Origin: a virus
Taxonomy: Duplodnaviria > Caudoviricetes
Direction: 5' to 3' (one strand)
DNA: 37,476 nt
Virus record (IMG/VR): IMGVR_UViG_3300023246_000127
Coordinates: 1 to 37,476 of that record
The position numbers and the translations under genes were made by a program. Shown in pieces: positions 26,056 through 36,734 of the stretch (position 1 is the first letter of the stretch; each line of letters begins with the position of its first letter). Under the pieces are notes generated by a model. The model did not search any database. It had not been told where the DNA came from and saw only the letters and a program-made list of their open reading frames with translations.

Positions 26056-26792
26056 AAAAACTGATAATAGCAATCTTGTTAGGAGTTAGTTTCTGTTCGG
26101 TATCTTATGCGTGGAATTTAGAACAACTTAGGGATCAGGCACGATTGACATTAAGGGACTCTGATTCAAGTAACCCACGATGGGAAGACTACCAGTACGA
26201 TATTAGGTTCGCTATGGCGGAAGAGGAGTTTTGCAGACGCACAAGAGCGGTTAAAACGCAGAACTATATAGTCACTATTGCCAGTCAAACCGAGTATTCG
26301 CTTCCTGATGGGTGGATAGGTACTGACAGGGTTTCAAGAGCAATAATACCGCTTATAACAGCTACTACGAGATACTTAGAGATAGACCGAGTTACTTTAA
26401 CGTGGCTAGACTCCGATAAGGGTAGACCGTTTTTTGAAGACTCATCACCCGACGTTCCTAACAGATTTTACATCAATCTAAACACACAGAAAATAGGCCT
26501 AGACCCACCTCCTAACGTAACCTATACCGGGACAAACCTCATAAAACATGAGTATACAATTATATCCTCTACCATGAGTGCGGATTCTGATGAACCGTTT
26601 GATAGTATAGGATACCTTTCTTCTTACCACAAGGCTTTAATACCTTACGTTATTTCAATGTGTGAGAAAGATCAAGGGAACGATAACGCCTCTGTGGGTT
26701 GGATGCAAGTCTTTGACGCTTATGTCGAAAGGGCTATATCTGAACTAAACGTAATGATTACTAACAAGAAAGCAAGTATGACTGCCAGATAA
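26052..26792 (+). CDS. Head-tail adaptor / tail tubular protein A-like, with signal peptide
   Basis: MKKLIIAILLGVSFCSVSYA| then LEQLRDQAR, AEEEFCRRT, QTEYSLPD, PNRFY, IGLDPPP, YHKALIPY. Confidence 0.75.
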   Translation: MKKLIIAILLGVSFCSVSYAWNLEQLRDQARLTLRDSDSSNPRWEDYQYDIRFAMAEEEFCRRTRAVKTQNYIVTIASQTEYSLPDGWIGTDRVSRAIIPLITATTRYLEIDRVTLTWLDSDKGRPFFEDSSPDVPNRFYINLNTQKIGLDPPPNVTYTGTNLIKHEYTIISSTMSADSDEPFDSIGYLSSYHKALIPYVISMCEKDQGNDNASVGWMQVFDAYVERAISELNVMITNKKASMTAR

Positions 26793-26800
26793 GGGGATAA

Positions 26801-29173
26801 ATGAGAAAAGCTATTGTTTTATTGTTGTCAACTATTTGTATTGCTTCGGTAACTTTTAGCGAAGAAACAACTAACGCAAAAGAGTTTCCCCACTATGGCC
26901 TACAAGGGTGGGTTACAGTTGTACGCCCTGATATGCTTTCTGACTTACTTTCCCCTGACGTATTAAATATAGAAACCGCGCGGTATACGGGACTGATTAC
27001 CCGAAGGTTAGGAAGTTCGCTGTACCTAACTACTCCCCTTGAAGGTGCTAAATTTATACGAAACTCTTACGTTTATAGGCAAGTAGACAATGACGAGTAC
27101 ATACTTTTACAATCTTCTACTTCGATGTTCTACTCAACCGGCGATGGAAACAGTACGAAAATACGAAGCGATCTAAATTCTACCTCGGTTGCGAATATTA
27201 CAACCGCAAGAGATACGGCGTACATAGTTGACGGTACTACGTGGGCGTGGAGTTTTAACGGCACGACTACGACGATACTTGACAATAAAGTACATGGTTC
27301 GGTTACTATATCGACAAACGTACCCTCATACCCCTATTTCGTTAAATGGTGGCACAACAGACTTTGGTATTTTAGGACAGATACATACCCTTCTACGGTG
27401 TGGTACAGCAACTACAATGACCCCGAAGTTATAGGGGATAACAGTACAAAGAATATCAATGTTTCAGATGGTGACTATATTACAGGCGCATTTTTATACC
27501 AAAATAGGTTGTTCGTAACGAAAAGGAACTCAACGTGGGAAATAACGGAGATAATAGACGATTCTTCCGATCCGTTCTTTATAATTAACAGCATTTCACA
27601 AGTTATAGGTTGTTTGTACCAAAACACTATGCGAGAGCATCAAGGGTTCCCCACGTGGTTAAGCCACAGAGGTGTTGAGATATACAACGGTCAATTTAAC
27701 CTAGCTAGTGAGCCAATAGACCCCTACGTTAAAGTATTAAACCAGTTGACCTCTGCTTCGAGATTAAGTCTAATCCAAGACACCGCTTCTGATTGGGGAA
27801 AGGGGTCAGGAATAAACATAGATACTACTACGACTTTAGGTAGTGTGGGTATTAAAGCAAAAGACTCTTCTAGAGACCAATCTCAACGAATGTATATACA
27901 CCAAGGATCATTGGAAAATGGGTATTCAAGAAGACAGTCTTTTAAACCGAGCTACACGGGCTATGTTGATAAGGTTAATATAAACATAAGAACATACACA
28001 GGGGGTGATGGTACATTTAATGTTTATATAGCAAATAATAATATGAATATTATGGAATCATACACCCTTACTGTGTCTTCTGTAATAGGAGATAATACAG
28101 ATATTAATTTTAATCATTTAAAATTAACCAAAGATTATACTTATTATATAGTGTTGTCTTCGGTTAGTGGTGCTGGCCAAGTACTTGTAGGTTATTATGA
28201 GGAGCGGTATAATCGTGGTAATACGGCATCAAAAATATATGATGGTGCATGGACAGAACACCCGGCGTATGACTTAACATTTGCAGTATATATGTCAACT
28301 ATGAATCCATTAAATGGGACATACACCTCACAAACCCTCAACGCAGGTACTTCATGGGGGAGTTGGGGTAACTTTAGCGCAGACGAAACTAAGCCATCGG
28401 GTGGGACGATTGTATATTACGGTCAAGGTGGCGGGTCAACAACTACCGCATCAGTTGCCGTTAAGACTGTTTTAACTAACGGTAGCCCGATAAACATATC
28501 GACTGGCCCGTACATAGTCGTCACTTCGTCATTAAGTCGTACTAGCTCTACCGTAAATCCTTTGGTAAACTCAATAGGTATTTCATATAACACAAGCTCT
28601 GCATTAAAGCAACCGTTTGCTATTGATTACAACGATAACTACATGATAGCCGTATCAACGAACACAAGTAACAACGATAATAATGTAGTTTTAGTGCTAC
28701 AAAGTAACGGCGAGTGGACACGGTTTAACGGTAGTGGTATGAATTGGGGGAGCACGTTTGTTTATAAAAATAACCTCTATTCTTGCGACTCGAAGGACAC
28801 GGGGAAAGTTTATCGCCAAGACGTTGAAAATTCGTACAGCGACGACGGAACGGGGTATGAGTCTTATTACTGTTCTAAAATATTCAATTTCGGAAGTATA
28901 AGGGAAACCACAATACTTGATATAGCACCTCTTTTTAATGATGCAGGGGACTGGAATGTAAATATAGACTATCGTATGCACGGTTCAGGGGGTTCGTGGA
29001 CGACTAAAACACTCAATTTATCAGACGACACTTTCGGTTTAATAACAAAAGTAATGCCTTTGCAGTTTCCTAAAAGCTACTTTTTCCAGTACAGAATAAG
29101 TGAAACCGATATTGACCAATCTTTTGAGTATAGGGGAATGACGATAAGATACTTAATAGAGTCTTTAAAATGA
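26801..29173 (+). CDS. Tail nozzle / tubular protein B-like (P22 gp10-like) with signal peptide and an inserted domain
   Basis: MRKAIVLLLSTICIASVTFS|; ITRRLGS, HNRLW, VWYSxxNDPE, DGDYITG, IGCL, SEPIDP, SKIFNFG beta-propeller-type motifs. Confidence 0.8.
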   Translation: MRKAIVLLLSTICIASVTFSEETTNAKEFPHYGLQGWVTVVRPDMLSDLLSPDVLNIETARYTGLITRRLGSSLYLTTPLEGAKFIRNSYVYRQVDNDEYILLQSSTSMFYSTGDGNSTKIRSDLNSTSVANITTARDTAYIVDGTTWAWSFNGTTTTILDNKVHGSVTISTNVPSYPYFVKWWHNRLWYFRTDTYPSTVWYSNYNDPEVIGDNSTKNINVSDGDYITGAFLYQNRLFVTKRNSTWEITEIIDDSSDPFFIINSISQVIGCLYQNTMREHQGFPTWLSHRGVEIYNGQFNLASEPIDPYVKVLNQLTSASRLSLIQDTASDWGKGSGINIDTTTTLGSVGIKAKDSSRDQSQRMYIHQGSLENGYSRRQSFKPSYTGYVDKVNINIRTYTGGDGTFNVYIANNNMNIMESYTLTVSSVIGDNTDINFNHLKLTKDYTYYIVLSSVSGAGQVLVGYYEERYNRGNTASKIYDGAWTEHPAYDLTFAVYMSTMNPLNGTYTSQTLNAGTSWGSWGNFSADETKPSGGTIVYYGQGGGSTTTASVAVKTVLTNGSPINISTGPYIVVTSSLSRTSSTVNPLVNSIGISYNTSSALKQPFAIDYNDNYMIAVSTNTSNNDNNVVLVLQSNGEWTRFNGSGMNWGSTFVYKNNLYSCDSKDTGKVYRQDVENSYSDDGTGYESYYCSKIFNFGSIRETTILDIAPLFNDAGDWNVNIDYRMHGSGGSWTTKTLNLSDDTFGLITKVMPLQFPKSYFFQYRISETDIDQSFEYRGMTIRYLIESLK

Positions 29174-30060
29174 GGAAACTCTTAATATTAGTTATTATCT
29201 CAATGTTTTCAATACCGTTGTTTGCAGAAACCGCACCTTACACGTTTACTCAAAAGGAGTGGCGGAATATTGATCTAAGTTATTTAAACTCGACAATCTT
29301 CTACATTCTAAACAAGAAACAAAATATAGACTTTAAGCAAGTTTCATCTGTTCCAAGTGCAACGAGATTATACAATAAACAGTTAATTCTTTACAATTCA
29401 GGAGCATCTTATAGGTTGTACTCAAAGATAAACGACAACTTGAAGTATATAACATTTAATATCGAAGACATAGCAAACACGTGGAGTGGTGAGAACACGT
29501 TTAGTAATACCGTTACCGTTACGACTATTACAGCTACGACATTAAATGTATCTGGTGTAGTTAATTTTTTACCAGCAGGGACTATAACAATGTATGGTGG
29601 TTCTACTGCACCGACGGGGTGGTTTGTTTGCGACGGTTCAACTGTTTCAAGAACAACATATGCAACTTTATACGCAATTATAGGTGAAACCTATGGTGCG
29701 GGTGATAGTTCTACGAATTTCAGTCTACCTGATTTTCGTGGAGTATTTGCGGTTGGTTCTGGGACAACAACACGTGTATCAGGCGTAGATGCAAGTGGAA
29801 GCCAATATGCGAGTACGTTAGGTGATTACGAACAAGACCATTTTCAAGGGCATAGGCATTTAATTAGAGATAGTAATGGAAGTCAATATAGTTCCGGGCT
29901 TATTCAGTCGGGAAGTGATGCATCTGTTCTATTATATCCTTCGGGTGTTACTACGGGATATGCAGCCGAACCGGTTGACGATGGAACTCACGGAACACCA
30001 AGGACAGGGCACGCAACAGAACCGCAGTCTTTAAGCGTTAATTATATTATAAGATATTAA
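29170..30060 (+). CDS. Tail collar-domain fibre protein with signal peptide
   Basis: MRKLLILVIISMFSIPLFA|; PAGTITMYGGSTAPTGWFVCDGSTVSRTTYATLYAIIG.TYGAGD..TNF.LPDFRG; FQGHRH; VNYIIRY. Confidence 0.9.
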   Translation: MRKLLILVIISMFSIPLFAETAPYTFTQKEWRNIDLSYLNSTIFYILNKKQNIDFKQVSSVPSATRLYNKQLILYNSGASYRLYSKINDNLKYITFNIEDIANTWSGENTFSNTVTVTTITATTLNVSGVVNFLPAGTITMYGGSTAPTGWFVCDGSTVSRTTYATLYAIIGETYGAGDSSTNFSLPDFRGVFAVGSGTTTRVSGVDASGSQYASTLGDYEQDHFQGHRHLIRDSNGSQYSSGLIQSGSDASVLLYPSGVTTGYAAEPVDDGTHGTPRTGHATEPQSLSVNYIIRY

Positions 30061-30071
30061 TAGGAGGATTT

Positions 30072-31616
30072 ATGAATACAAATATGATAAGATTTATGAA
30101 TACAAACATTAGTTTAATAATAAGGGATGGTAATGCTCTTCTTGATTTGTTGAAAAGTAACCCAACTGAATTTAATAAGTTGCGTACTGAAACACACAAT
30201 AGGGCTAACTCCACAAAAGATGCGGGAGATTGGCAAGATGCGGGATATTTAAGGTACATACAAGAGGCGTACGATAACGACCTTCCAATGGTAACTCGTG
30301 CCAAATTCGACAGTAATGTAAATATAAAAGAAGAAGGTAGTTACGGTGACTTTTTCTCTGGTGTTGTAGCTAAAAAGGAAAAACTAGAAAGTGATACCAA
30401 CTCTCAATTAAACCAAGTAAATGTTTTTATCGCACAGAAAGACTACGCTTCGGCTCAAGCTATATTAGATAATATAAAGGTAGATAACCCCAGTTATGAT
30501 ACTAGTGAGTATCAAGGTAGAGTAGACACAGGGAAAGGCGAAGTCGTAACACCTGAAGGAGAATTACAAGGTCAGTTAGATAAGTCTTTAGAACATGGAT
30601 TAATTACTCAAGAGGTTTACGATAAGGCGAAAAAGTATCTTGATTCTGGGTTGACCGACCAAGCAAGTGAGTATTTTAATGCCGAGGTAAACATTGACAG
30701 AACCGAGGACATACCTACTTATGACTATAGCAAAGACCCGGGAAAGGAAACAATCGACCAGTTAAAAGCTGGGTATCAAGAAACAGCAGCCCAAGAGTTA
30801 GGCGATTTTGTCGAACCCGAAATGACCGATAAGTACGAAGCACCGACTTTGACACCTGAAATGGTTCAGAATTGGGATTTAACCGTTCAAGACTGGGATA
30901 AGGTAGCCGACACTAAGGAAGAGGAAAGACTACTAAGGACTCTTGACGCTCAAGATCCATACGGTGCGGGTTCAGGAGATAGGGCGACCAAGTTAAGCGC
31001 ATTGATAGCCGACAGGGCAGAAGCGCGGAAAGGAAGGTCTTTTACTTTGGCTCAAGACGAGTTATCAGCCAAGACAGATACCGCTCAAGTAGAATACCAA
31101 CAGAAACTAACCGAATGGGAAAAACAGTACGGAACGGCGTGGTCACAGTACAACTACAAACAACAGCAAATTGAAAACTCAAAGTTAAAGTTACAGGAAA
31201 TAGCTGAATTTGAGAGTAACGCTTTTAGGTTTACTAACGCACAAGAACGTGAGGCTGCGTGGGCTTCGCTTGAAAGGGCGTGGACACAGAGAGATCAGTC
31301 AATGTCAGATAAACAAGAACTTGAAATGCAAGGTAGAAATATAGCGGCAGGTACTTCTTCACAGATTTTAGGAAACATACAATCTACAAGGGAAGCAGAT
31401 ACCTCATTTTATCAGAACAAGGAATTAATGAGAATACAGAACGCCAACGAAAGAGAGGTCGCTGGTATGTACGCAGACGCTAATAAGAAGAGTGCGTTTG
31501 ATTATGTCGCACCAGTTCTTTCTACGGTAGCGAGTGGCTATTTTCAAGGATTTGGATATGGTAAAGGTAGCCCACTACTTTCAAGTAAATATGGCGCAAC
31601 AGATAAAACAAAATAA
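30072..31616 (+). CDS. Putative ejection (internal virion) protein
   Basis: Helical, Gln/Glu-rich, amphipathic Gly-rich C-terminus; position after the tail genes; AGGAGG RBS. Confidence 0.6.
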   Translation: MNTNMIRFMNTNISLIIRDGNALLDLLKSNPTEFNKLRTETHNRANSTKDAGDWQDAGYLRYIQEAYDNDLPMVTRAKFDSNVNIKEEGSYGDFFSGVVAKKEKLESDTNSQLNQVNVFIAQKDYASAQAILDNIKVDNPSYDTSEYQGRVDTGKGEVVTPEGELQGQLDKSLEHGLITQEVYDKAKKYLDSGLTDQASEYFNAEVNIDRTEDIPTYDYSKDPGKETIDQLKAGYQETAAQELGDFVEPEMTDKYEAPTLTPEMVQNWDLTVQDWDKVADTKEEERLLRTLDAQDPYGAGSGDRATKLSALIADRAEARKGRSFTLAQDELSAKTDTAQVEYQQKLTEWEKQYGTAWSQYNYKQQQIENSKLKLQEIAEFESNAFRFTNAQEREAAWASLERAWTQRDQSMSDKQELEMQGRNIAAGTSSQILGNIQSTREADTSFYQNKELMRIQNANEREVAGMYADANKKSAFDYVAPVLSTVASGYFQGFGYGKGSPLLSSKYGATDKTK

Positions 31617-31627
31617 GGAGAATTATC

Positions 31628-32206
31628 ATGGGAAGCGGATACATTGAAGCGGCGAAGTATAAAGCTGAACAGGACAATAGAAACCCTTTAGCAGAGGGTT
31701 TGAGTAACATAGCCGAGAGTGCGGCGAGTGGTTACTTTAAAGGTAAGAATACTGCTATTTCCGAAGATAAAGAATTTAAAAGAGACCTTTTTAAAGAGTA
31801 CATTAAAAACGGTGTTCTAACGAGCAAGTCAAGTGGTCAACCTCTTAATATCGCACAGATTTTACACACATACAAAGAGTTTTACGCTACTGGTAAAATA
31901 CCCGACAACGTCGTATACACGTCAAGAAAATCAATACCAGAGACACCAGAGCAAAAGAGTGAACGTGGATTGAAGGATTATAAGGCAAAGAGGGGAGCTG
32001 ACACTGAACTTGGTCTTGACCCATACGGTAGATCGAAAGCAACGGCGTTAGGTAAAAAAGATGCGAAAGGTACATATGCAGACCTTTTTGATGAGACCGA
32101 AGATACTGCGGTTACTGGAAAACCCAAAGTAGGAGATATTGTAGATGGCTATAAGTTTTTAGGTGGCGACCCATCTTCTCAAAGTAGTTGGAAGAAAGTT
32201 AAATAA
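31628..32206 (+). CDS. Putative ejection protein
   Basis: GL..IA...ASGY..G N-region; C-terminal PKVGDIVDGYKFLGGDP....W motif. Confidence 0.6.
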   Translation: MGSGYIEAAKYKAEQDNRNPLAEGLSNIAESAASGYFKGKNTAISEDKEFKRDLFKEYIKNGVLTSKSSGQPLNIAQILHTYKEFYATGKIPDNVVYTSRKSIPETPEQKSERGLKDYKAKRGADTELGLDPYGRSKATALGKKDAKGTYADLFDETEDTAVTGKPKVGDIVDGYKFLGGDPSSQSSWKKVK

Positions 32207-32218
32207 AGGATATTAATA

Positions 32219-35200
32219 ATGCCTAAACCGTGGGAACTTTATACACCACAAGAAACATCTACACCACCGTGGGAAAAGTTTAGTGAAGAAAAAACTAAAC
32301 CGTGGGATAGCTTTAAAGAATCTTTTGGCTCTGCCAAAAAGACTTTAGGCAGTATGATAGGCAAGGTGAGAAAACCTATTGACTTACTTGCTGATACGAG
32401 TACAGAACTAGCCACTACTGGTGGTCTTGATTTTTCCAACCAACAACCCGCAGACTTACAAAACCAACCCTCTTTAATTCCGTTTAAAGAACAAGGGCAA
32501 ATAACACCAGAAGAACAAAAAATACAATCCGAAGTGAACCTCGATGTAGACCTTTTCCAATTAGCCGATAATATAGCTACCGTGGGTTTTGATAGTAAAG
32601 ACGAGGCGATGAAGGTAAAGAAACGTCAAGACTTCATTATGTCACGTGCGCCGTTGATAGCTTCGGGAATGGCAAGTCCTATTGCCGTTATGGGGTTTGA
32701 AATATTTAACCAGTTAAAAGGGTTATCGGTTTCAAGCAATACGGGACAGAAATACGATCCGTTACAGACCAAGCAGTTGACCGATTTACTACCAGACGAC
32801 ACACCTCAACCGCTAAGACTTGGCCTTTCAGTAGGCGAAATGGTGGGCGACGTAGCTCTTTTAGGTACTTTACTTAATATGGCAAATAAGGGCATTTTAG
32901 ACTCTACCTTAAAAGAAGTAGAAAGTAAGATGACTAATCGGGGATACTCAAAAGAAGACGTTAAATCCGTCTCTGAAGTGCTTAAAAACGTGGTTAAAGG
33001 CAGTACGGAGAAGAACATAAAGGCATCTTTTGGCGTTGAGAAATGGGAACCTATGGTACAAGTCAAGCCTAGCCCTAAGTTACCCGGTGTAAAAGGCGTC
33101 GTAAAAGGCGGTGTAAAAGGTACGGAAATAGTAAAACCTAAATCAATCCCCGAAATAACCCCCAAGATACCCAAAAGCGCGGTGATGTTGCCTAAATCAG
33201 GTAAAGAAATTTACCAACCAACCCCCACAACCCCACCAGACGCACAGAAATTAGGCGTAGTCAGCGAAGTCCCACCAAAGGTAGAAATACCCCAAGGCGA
33301 GGTTAAGCCCGTAGAAACGCCTAAATCAAGCCCTTTAGTTGAAGAAGCTAGGAAGTATAAGTCTGCTGAGGAGTGGGTTTCAACATATAGAGGTAGTGCT
33401 ACTCAATATAGTGGATATAATCCTAATATACGAAAATTTGGAACAACAGAGGGAAGTGAAAGAATTAGCGATTTAGGTGTTGACCCAGAATTAGATGTTA
33501 CTATTTATCGTGGTGTATCTGATGGTAATAAAAAACTCATTAATGCTAAGATTGTAGATGGTGATTTTGTAACAACAGATAGTATGTCTGCCGAATCTTA
33601 TGCGGGTAAAAATAATGTTGTTAGTATGAAAGTTAAAGCTAAAGATTTAATACACGATTTTCCTGATGAATTTGATTCTAATAAACCTTTTGGGGTAGGT
33701 GCAGAATTTATTTATTCTGACAACAAAAATAAACTCATAAAATACACAGACAAGCAACTAACCGAGATATGGAACAAAGCCAATAAGGTAGATGAGACTT
33801 CTGTAAAGCAAACCATAGAAAAGTCAGGTGGTCAGTTTATAGGCATACAAGAAGGTTTTGATGATGTAAAGTCAATGGCTATGTTCAATGACCCTAAGAC
33901 TGGAAGTACCTTGTCATTGCCTATTGACGGGGTTACTAGTGAGGCGGTGAGTGAAAAACTAGGTAAGACCGAGAAGGTTTTTAAGGAAAAGAAGGTGTTT
34001 GGTAAGGCAGATAAGAAGTTTACCGAGGAATCAGGTGTGGTTGCTAATCCTTTAGAGGTAACCCAAAAGACAAAAGAGTATGTGAACAAAAACTGGACGA
34101 CTTTAAGAGAAAAGATAGAGGACGATTGGATAAGGGTTAAAAAGCTTACCCAAAAAGAAGGTGTTAAGCTAACCGAAGCTAATAATCCTTACGAGGCAGA
34201 GACTAGGTATTGGGGTCGTGTCGGCACTCGCATGGAAGATACTTTAGACCAAATTAGCGATATTGACAAGGAAATAGCAAAAGTTGAAAAGAAGTATAAA
34301 TCCCCTGAAATAAACAAGGATATTGACAGGTATTTAATAGCTAAACACGCACCCGAACGGAACGTCGTACATGGCGAAGAATCGGCGGGAATAACTAGCG
34401 AACAAGCAAGTAAAAATATTAAAGAGATAGAAGGGAAGTCTTATGGTAAAGAAGTAAAGCAAATAGCTAAAGATATAAAAAAGTTAAACGAAAAAACTCT
34501 CGATGTCTTACTTGAAGGCGAAGTAATATCTCAGGGCGATTACGATAAATTAAGAAAGTTGTACCCTAATCATATACCATTAAACAGAGTAATGAGTGAA
34601 TCCGAGGACTTTGTACAGATATTGACTTCTAGGGGTTTCAATGTCCAAGGTACGGGAATTAAGAGAGCTTTTGGGAGTAAAAAGGAAGTAGCTGATATTT
34701 TGGGTAATGTAACGGCTAATTTACGATCGGCTATTGCAAGGTCAGAAAAGAATATTGTTGATAACCACACTTTAAATTTTGCTAGAGATAACGATTATTT
34801 TGACGGACTTTTTGAAGAAATAAAACCCAAAACGATAGGTAAGACTTTTGAAGGTGGGTTTATACAAGAACACATAAATGACCCCTCTGTTTTACCGGTA
34901 AGAGAAAAAGGCAAACAAGTTTATTTGAAGATAAACGACCCACAGATAGCAGTTGCGTTTCGTGGTGTAAACAGAATTAAGGTAGACGATTTAACGAGAA
35001 TGGTGGCTGCGTTTACAAGGTTCTATGCCGGTCTTATGACTAGGTTTAACCCCGAATTTGCCGTACCGAACAAAGTAAGAGATTTACAGGAAACAATGGT
35101 GTATATGGCCAGTAAGAAAGATATAGGTTTTTCGGGTGCGGCGAAGACTGCTATAAAAGACCCCGTAAGTATTAAGGCAGTAGTTGACTATATGGGTGGA

Positions 35201-36733
35201 AAGGATACGGAAGGTGCGAGACTTTACCAGCAAATGAAAGAAGACGGCGGAACGACTGGTGGGCTTGGACTTTCTACTAAAAAACAAACAGAAATAGACA
35301 TAGATAAAATACGGAGAATTAATAGAAATAAACCCAGAAAAGTCGCTGAAATTGCCTTGCGGGTAGTTGATAACTGGAACGCCATATTTGAGGATTCTAC
35401 AAGACTTTCGGTTTATAGGCAGTCGTTATCTCAAGGACTTAGTAGAAAAAAGTCGGCAGTATACGCGAAAGAAGCTTCAATTAATTTTAACAAAATGGGC
35501 GCTTTGTCTCCCATGACTAACGGTATATGGATGTTCTCTAACGCTTCAGTACAGGGTTCGGCTAAGATGTTACGGGCAATGAGAGACCCTAAGGTTGCGG
35601 GAATGGTTTTAGCTACTATCGGTGGTTCGATATACGCTATCAACGAATATAACGATAAGATAGACCCCGAATGGAGAAGTAAAGTAAGCGAGTGGGATAG
35701 ACTTAACGGAATAACTATTATGCTACCTTCTAATAAGGGTGTGCGTTATATTACAATCCCTGTATCGTGGGGACTGAAACCAATTAAAGTTGGTATGGAT
35801 TATTTCATAGATTACACACAAGGCCATGAAACAGATATAAAAACTGCCATGAGTAAGGTTTTGGCGGCAATATGGGAAGGATATAACCCCGTAGGCGGTA
35901 CGGACATAGTTTCTGCGGTAACACCCACAATCCTTGACCTACGCATAGACATATCAAGAAACCGATCGTGGACTGGTGGAAAGATTAGACCTGACTGGAA
36001 CCAATCGGCTCCCGATTCTATAAAGTATTTCGATAGCTTAAAAGATAAATTAATGGGAAAAAAGTTTATTGGTTGGACGCGCAAACTCGGAGAAAAGGGA
36101 ATAGAAATATCCCCAGCGGATATGAACTACGCATTTCAACAGCTTGTAGGTGGTACGGGCAGATTTACACAAAAAGTGTTTGAAACTATAAGCGGAGTGA
36201 AAAAGGGTAAGATAGAAGCAAAAGAAATACCGTTTATAAGTAGATTTTACCGAGACATACCCGAAGACAGAATACGTGGCGAGTCAAAAGAGTTTGAGAG
36301 TTTAAAAGATGCGTTAAAGAAACAAGATAAAGAACGGTTTTATTTTAACCAAGAAGCGGAGTTAGTTTACGAAGGAATGAAACAGATACCCGCAAAAGAA
36401 ATGAATGAAAATTACAACAAAATGGAGGAAAACAATCCGCGCCTTGCGAAAAAGATAAAACATTTAAGAGAAAACGAAAAGTATAAATTGACCTATATCG
36501 AAAGGTTGACTAAGCAGTTAGGTGATACAAATGGAGAGCGGTTTAAATATATATGGTCTAAAGTAAGTGAACTTAAAACAGGGAAAGAGAAAAATACATA
36601 TTTAAAAGACTTGATAAAGAAAAAAATAATATCAGATAACGTATGGGAAGAGTTAGTGTCAATGAGCAAGAAGAAAGGTAAAAAGACTCTTGGCTCAAAA
36701 ATAGGGAAGGACTTATTAAATGAAAATAAATAA
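32219..36733 (+). CDS. Large polyvalent/ejection protein with ADP-ribosyltransferase-like cassette and LPD38-like domain
   Basis: N-terminal PW[ED] repeats; VTIYRG...GDFVT...A.SYA...EFIY; T.FNPEF...N.VRD, FEDSTRL..Y, NFNK.G, FSNASVQG, IP..WG, NP.GG, N.SWTG..I, IPFISRF. Confidence 0.8.
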   Translation: MPKPWELYTPQETSTPPWEKFSEEKTKPWDSFKESFGSAKKTLGSMIGKVRKPIDLLADTSTELATTGGLDFSNQQPADLQNQPSLIPFKEQGQITPEEQKIQSEVNLDVDLFQLADNIATVGFDSKDEAMKVKKRQDFIMSRAPLIASGMASPIAVMGFEIFNQLKGLSVSSNTGQKYDPLQTKQLTDLLPDDTPQPLRLGLSVGEMVGDVALLGTLLNMANKGILDSTLKEVESKMTNRGYSKEDVKSVSEVLKNVVKGSTEKNIKASFGVEKWEPMVQVKPSPKLPGVKGVVKGGVKGTEIVKPKSIPEITPKIPKSAVMLPKSGKEIYQPTPTTPPDAQKLGVVSEVPPKVEIPQGEVKPVETPKSSPLVEEARKYKSAEEWVSTYRGSATQYSGYNPNIRKFGTTEGSERISDLGVDPELDVTIYRGVSDGNKKLINAKIVDGDFVTTDSMSAESYAGKNNVVSMKVKAKDLIHDFPDEFDSNKPFGVGAEFIYSDNKNKLIKYTDKQLTEIWNKANKVDETSVKQTIEKSGGQFIGIQEGFDDVKSMAMFNDPKTGSTLSLPIDGVTSEAVSEKLGKTEKVFKEKKVFGKADKKFTEESGVVANPLEVTQKTKEYVNKNWTTLREKIEDDWIRVKKLTQKEGVKLTEANNPYEAETRYWGRVGTRMEDTLDQISDIDKEIAKVEKKYKSPEINKDIDRYLIAKHAPERNVVHGEESAGITSEQASKNIKEIEGKSYGKEVKQIAKDIKKLNEKTLDVLLEGEVISQGDYDKLRKLYPNHIPLNRVMSESEDFVQILTSRGFNVQGTGIKRAFGSKKEVADILGNVTANLRSAIARSEKNIVDNHTLNFARDNDYFDGLFEEIKPKTIGKTFEGGFIQEHINDPSVLPVREKGKQVYLKINDPQIAVAFRGVNRIKVDDLTRMVAAFTRFYAGLMTRFNPEFAVPNKVRDLQETMVYMASKKDIGFSGAAKTAIKDPVSIKAVVDYMGGKDTEGARLYQQMKEDGGTTGGLGLSTKKQTEIDIDKIRRINRNKPRKVAEIALRVVDNWNAIFEDSTRLSVYRQSLSQGLSRKKSAVYAKEASINFNKMGALSPMTNGIWMFSNASVQGSAKMLRAMRDPKVAGMVLATIGGSIYAINEYNDKIDPEWRSKVSEWDRLNGITIMLPSNKGVRYITIPVSWGLKPIKVGMDYFIDYTQGHETDIKTAMSKVLAAIWEGYNPVGGTDIVSAVTPTILDLRIDISRNRSWTGGKIRPDWNQSAPDSIKYFDSLKDKLMGKKFIGWTRKLGEKGIEISPADMNYAFQQLVGGTGRFTQKVFETISGVKKGKIEAKEIPFISRFYRDIPEDRIRGESKEFESLKDALKKQDKERFYFNQEAELVYEGMKQIPAKEMNENYNKMEENNPRLAKKIKHLRENEKYKLTYIERLTKQLGDTNGERFKYIWSKVSELKTGKEKNTYLKDLIKKKIISDNVWEELVSMSKKKGKKTLGSKIGKDLLNENK

Positions 36734-36734
36734 T

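Noticed and set aside
30067-30106. 16-bp direct repeat gatttatgaatacaaa at a gene start
   Set aside because: A simple local duplication giving MNTN twice; only the first copy has the full RBS and there is no evidence of function.
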